Below, piece by piece: positions 61,799 through 64,000 of a stretch of 64,000 nucleotides of DNA. The translations under genes were made by a program, and so were the position numbers. This DNA comes from Bacilli bacterium (GTDB lineage: Bacteria; Bacillota_I; Bacilli_A; RFN20; CAG-826): contig JBGULD010000011.1 in NCBI GenBank assembly GCA_045114745.1, positions 190-64,189 on the forward strand, read 5' to 3'. Position 1 is the first letter of the stretch. Every line of letters begins with the position of its first letter. Under the pieces are notes generated by a model. That model had not been told where the DNA came from. It worked only from the letters and a program-made list of their open reading frames with translations, and made no database searches.

Positions 61799-61842
61799 AA
61801 CGGGACACACGCTCCAAACCTTCGGAGCACAATTATTCATCT

Positions 61843-62664
61843 ATGTACGAATTACAATACGTAAAAAAACGGAAAAGAAGAAAATGGGTTGCGATCGGTG
61901 GTGGAATTGCATTGATCGGAGTTTCATCATTAGCAATCGTGGCATTCTTAGGCCGATTCGTTGGGACATTCACCGTATCGTTAAATACCGGGAATGTGGA
62001 ATTGGCGCTCAGTGATTCGTCAAGCTTCACTAGAAGTGAGTCATACTTGAGAATTAACGATATACCGAATTTTCATGAATGTACTTACTCAAGTCTTCCA
62101 AAAGCTGAAGTATTAGACAGTGATACAACAGACTACTTAACTGGAGCGACTTACAAACCTGATGGAGGAGTTGATGCACTCGACTACTTCAAATACACGT
62201 TCTTCGTGAGAAACGTTGGTAAGACCGCTGCTAGCTACACATTAAAAGTCAACATCACTGATAATAAGGCAGGCGAAGGATCAAGAACTTTAGATGATAC
62301 GTTACGCGTTATGCTCTATGAAAATGGCGCTGACACAGAAGATCACAACTTCAAAGTCTATGCCAAACGCGCAGCAACACATCACTTTGATGAAAACGGA
62401 GAAGTTAGCTTCAAAGAGCCGATCTCCATTAGTGAAGACAAGGCAACACCCTACGAACCATTCGCAGGATACGCTGAGGAATTTGAATCATCGAATGTCA
62501 TTACAACAATCACGGTAACAAATTTCGCAGTAGGTGAGACTAGAAGGTACACATTAGTAAATTGGCTTGAAGGATATGACCTTCAATCAAATAACTTAGA
62601 TGAAGCACCTAAAGGTGCAAGAATAAAATTAGGAGTTGAAATTAACGCTTATGAAAACCAATAA
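61843..62664 (+). CDS. secreted protein, divergent member of the TasA/camelysin-like paralog family (paralog 2)
   Basis: The signal is MYELQYVKKRKRRKWVAIGGGIALIGVSSLAIVAFLGRFVGTFTVSL. A C-terminal N-W-L-E-G-Y-D motif is shared with paralogs 1 and 3. It is the first gene downstream of the candidate riboswitch. Confidence 0.45.
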   Translation: MYELQYVKKRKRRKWVAIGGGIALIGVSSLAIVAFLGRFVGTFTVSLNTGNVELALSDSSSFTRSESYLRINDIPNFHECTYSSLPKAEVLDSDTTDYLTGATYKPDGGVDALDYFKYTFFVRNVGKTAASYTLKVNITDNKAGEGSRTLDDTLRVMLYENGADTEDHNFKVYAKRAATHHFDENGEVSFKEPISISEDKATPYEPFAGYAEEFESSNVITTITVTNFAVGETRRYTLVNWLEGYDLQSNNLDEAPKGARIKLGVEINAYENQ

Positions 62665-63631
62665 GAAAAATATTATTATTCCAGCATTAATGATGGCCGT
62701 CGGCTTAGGTTTAGTCGGTTCCATCTCTGGTACCGTTGCTTGGTATCAATATTCTACAAGAGTTACAACCTCTTACATTGGCGCTTCCGCAAAATGTACA
62801 GAGAGTTTACAAGTCAGCTTAACTGGCGTTGACAATGAATTTGTTAGTGAATTAGAAACAGCTGACATTATTGCTGCTGCTACTGCCAATGATACAGATG
62901 GTAGTGATTTCCAACCTGTTACATCCGCTGCTGCACACGCTACAGCTGTTGTCTCTGGTGCACAAACATACGCATTTAAAGGTCACCCAATGTATCAAAA
63001 CTTTGCATATGACACATGGCAAGATGCTCCAGCTAACTCATATTTACAATATGATTTATACTTCAGAGTTTTAGATGTTGATGGTGCTGCCACAAAATCT
63101 TACCTTGCTAAAAAATTATATTTTGAAGACTTCGTGATTAACTTCACAGGCACAAATTCTGGTGCTAGCGCAACAGCCTTCAAAGATGCATTAAGATTCC
63201 AATTTGACCAAGTCAATGGTACTGCTAAATCCACATTATTATCCAACACCGCTCGTTCAGCTATGAAATTAGGCGGAAGCTTAGATCTTAATGGTGATGG
63301 CGAATTTGACCAAACCCATGCTTATGAATGGGAAACCGCTACTGATGCAGTTTATGGTAATGAATCATTAACTCAAACCACAGCCGCTTTTGCCGATTAT
63401 AAAGGCACACTTACCAATGGTAAATTAGTTGCTGGTTCTAATGAACTCGGCACAACAGTTGCTGGCACATATTCTGCTGCTTCCGCATTACACTTCAAAG
63501 TCACAATTTGGCTTGAAGGTTGGGATGCCACAGGCACAACCGCTGCTACAAGCATTTGGGACGCCAAAGATTACATTGGCTCATTCCAAATTGGTATGAC
63601 ATTTGGTGTCACACCTTACGGCGAAGAATAA
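62651..63631 (+). CDS. secreted protein, TasA/camelysin-like, paralog 3
   Basis: ATG at 62651 gives MKTNKKNIIIPALMMAVGLGLVGSISGTVAWYQYSTRVTTSY. The C-terminal motif is VTIWLEGWDATG. An in-frame TTG at 62636 is the listed ORF start; AGGAG at 62631 lies 15 nt upstream of the ATG. Confidence 0.5.
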   Translation: MKTNKKNIIIPALMMAVGLGLVGSISGTVAWYQYSTRVTTSYIGASAKCTESLQVSLTGVDNEFVSELETADIIAAATANDTDGSDFQPVTSAAAHATAVVSGAQTYAFKGHPMYQNFAYDTWQDAPANSYLQYDLYFRVLDVDGAATKSYLAKKLYFEDFVINFTGTNSGASATAFKDALRFQFDQVNGTAKSTLLSNTARSAMKLGGSLDLNGDGEFDQTHAYEWETATDAVYGNESLTQTTAAFADYKGTLTNGKLVAGSNELGTTVAGTYSAASALHFKVTIWLEGWDATGTTAATSIWDAKDYIGSFQIGMTFGVTPYGEE

Positions 63632-63733
63632 TTTAACAAAACAAAAACACAAAAAACTTGTTTATAGATCTTATTAATTATTAATAAAATCTTTAAACTT
63701 ACTTAAAATAATAATTAGGGGAGGAGGCTTAAG

Positions 63734-64000
63734 ATGAAGTCTAACAAACGCGTTAGCTGGTTTCTCGTTGGATTCAGTTTATTGACCTTTGCGTCATTTA
63801 TTGGTGCAACGACAGGCACATTAGCATGGTATGCATATTCAACACGTGTATCTATGTCTTATATGGGCACATCTGTTGCAAAAACTGAACAACTTCAAAT
63901 CGGTCTTGTTGACGATGGTGCTACTGCACGCATCTCAGATGAGACAATCGCGACATATCATTATGATCGTGATAGTGATGACATTGTTTGGGCCCCTGCC
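63734..64000 (+). CDS. secreted protein, TasA/camelysin-like, paralog 4 (partial, runs off right edge)
   Basis: A strong SD AGGGGAGGAGG precedes it. The product begins MKSNKRVSWFLVGFSLLTFASFIGATTGTLAWYAYSTRVSMSYMGTS, whose N-terminus is near-identical in pattern to paralog 3. Confidence 0.5.
   Translation, partial: MKSNKRVSWFLVGFSLLTFASFIGATTGTLAWYAYSTRVSMSYMGTSVAKTEQLQIGLVDDGATARISDETIATYHYDRDSDDIVWAPA

Noticed and set aside
62636-62650. TTG start for paralog 3 as listed in the ORF track
   Set aside because: The TTG directly abuts AGGAG with zero spacing. The ATG at 62651 gives a canonical signal peptide (MKTNKKNIIIPAL...), so the ATG is preferred.

Overview
This is a low-GC (~33% by eye), gene-dense bacterial chromosome segment. 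It uses the standard code: UGA is a stop (pcrA ends in TGA) and long ORFs are uninterrupted. The content is otherwise Mollicutes/Erysipelotrichia-like, with many lipoproteins, extended Opp and MalK proteins and ECF-type ThiT. No rRNA, CRISPR array, transposase or phage genes were seen.

In order across the window:
- 1-901: an XRE-family HTH/membrane regulator (partial at the left edge) facing a small acidic peptide gene.
- 983-4655: a membrane protein, a lipoprotein, a TupA-like ATP-grasp enzyme and a small membrane protein.
- 4794-13938: a six-gene operon oppA-oppB-oppC-oppD-oppF-BspA, where the last gene is a BspA-type leucine-rich-repeat surface protein whose start overlaps the oppF stop.
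- 14039-19063: a glycan module (Wzx-like flippase plus three GT4 glycosyltransferases).
- 19119-20958: ung, then a TPP riboswitch controlling an N-terminally extended ThiT-like transporter.
- 21044-26754: a membrane hypothetical, Ntdp (DUF402), the tsaE-tsaB-rimI-tsaD operon, asnS and a 48-aa membrane peptide.
- 26782-28989: three minus-strand membrane proteins with acidic or N/Q-rich tails.
- 29068-33755: a CGHC thioredoxin-like lipoprotein, pcrA and ligA.
- 33781-41656: licD-tarI-tarJ (CDP-ribitol synthesis and transfer) on the minus strand, then gatCAB, galE and an alpha/beta hydrolase.
- 41670-42658: tRNA-Arg(CCU) and tRNA-Ala(GGC), a structured trailer, an orphan 91-aa ORF and an orphan terminator.
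- 42747-57541: an AraC-controlled carbohydrate-utilisation island (SGNH esterase lipoprotein, sugar ABC binding protein and two permeases, GH43, lipoprotein, CBM-rich anchored surface protein, extended MsmK ATPase, putative glycosidase).
- 57608-60197: a K+ channel-family protein and glnS.

The most unusual locus is at 60.6-64.0 kb. It is a tandem array of four diverged paralogous secreted proteins with TasA/camelysin-type (SipW-cognate-like) signal peptides. A strong candidate c-di-GMP-I (GEMM) riboswitch with a terminator expression platform sits between the first paralog and the remaining three.
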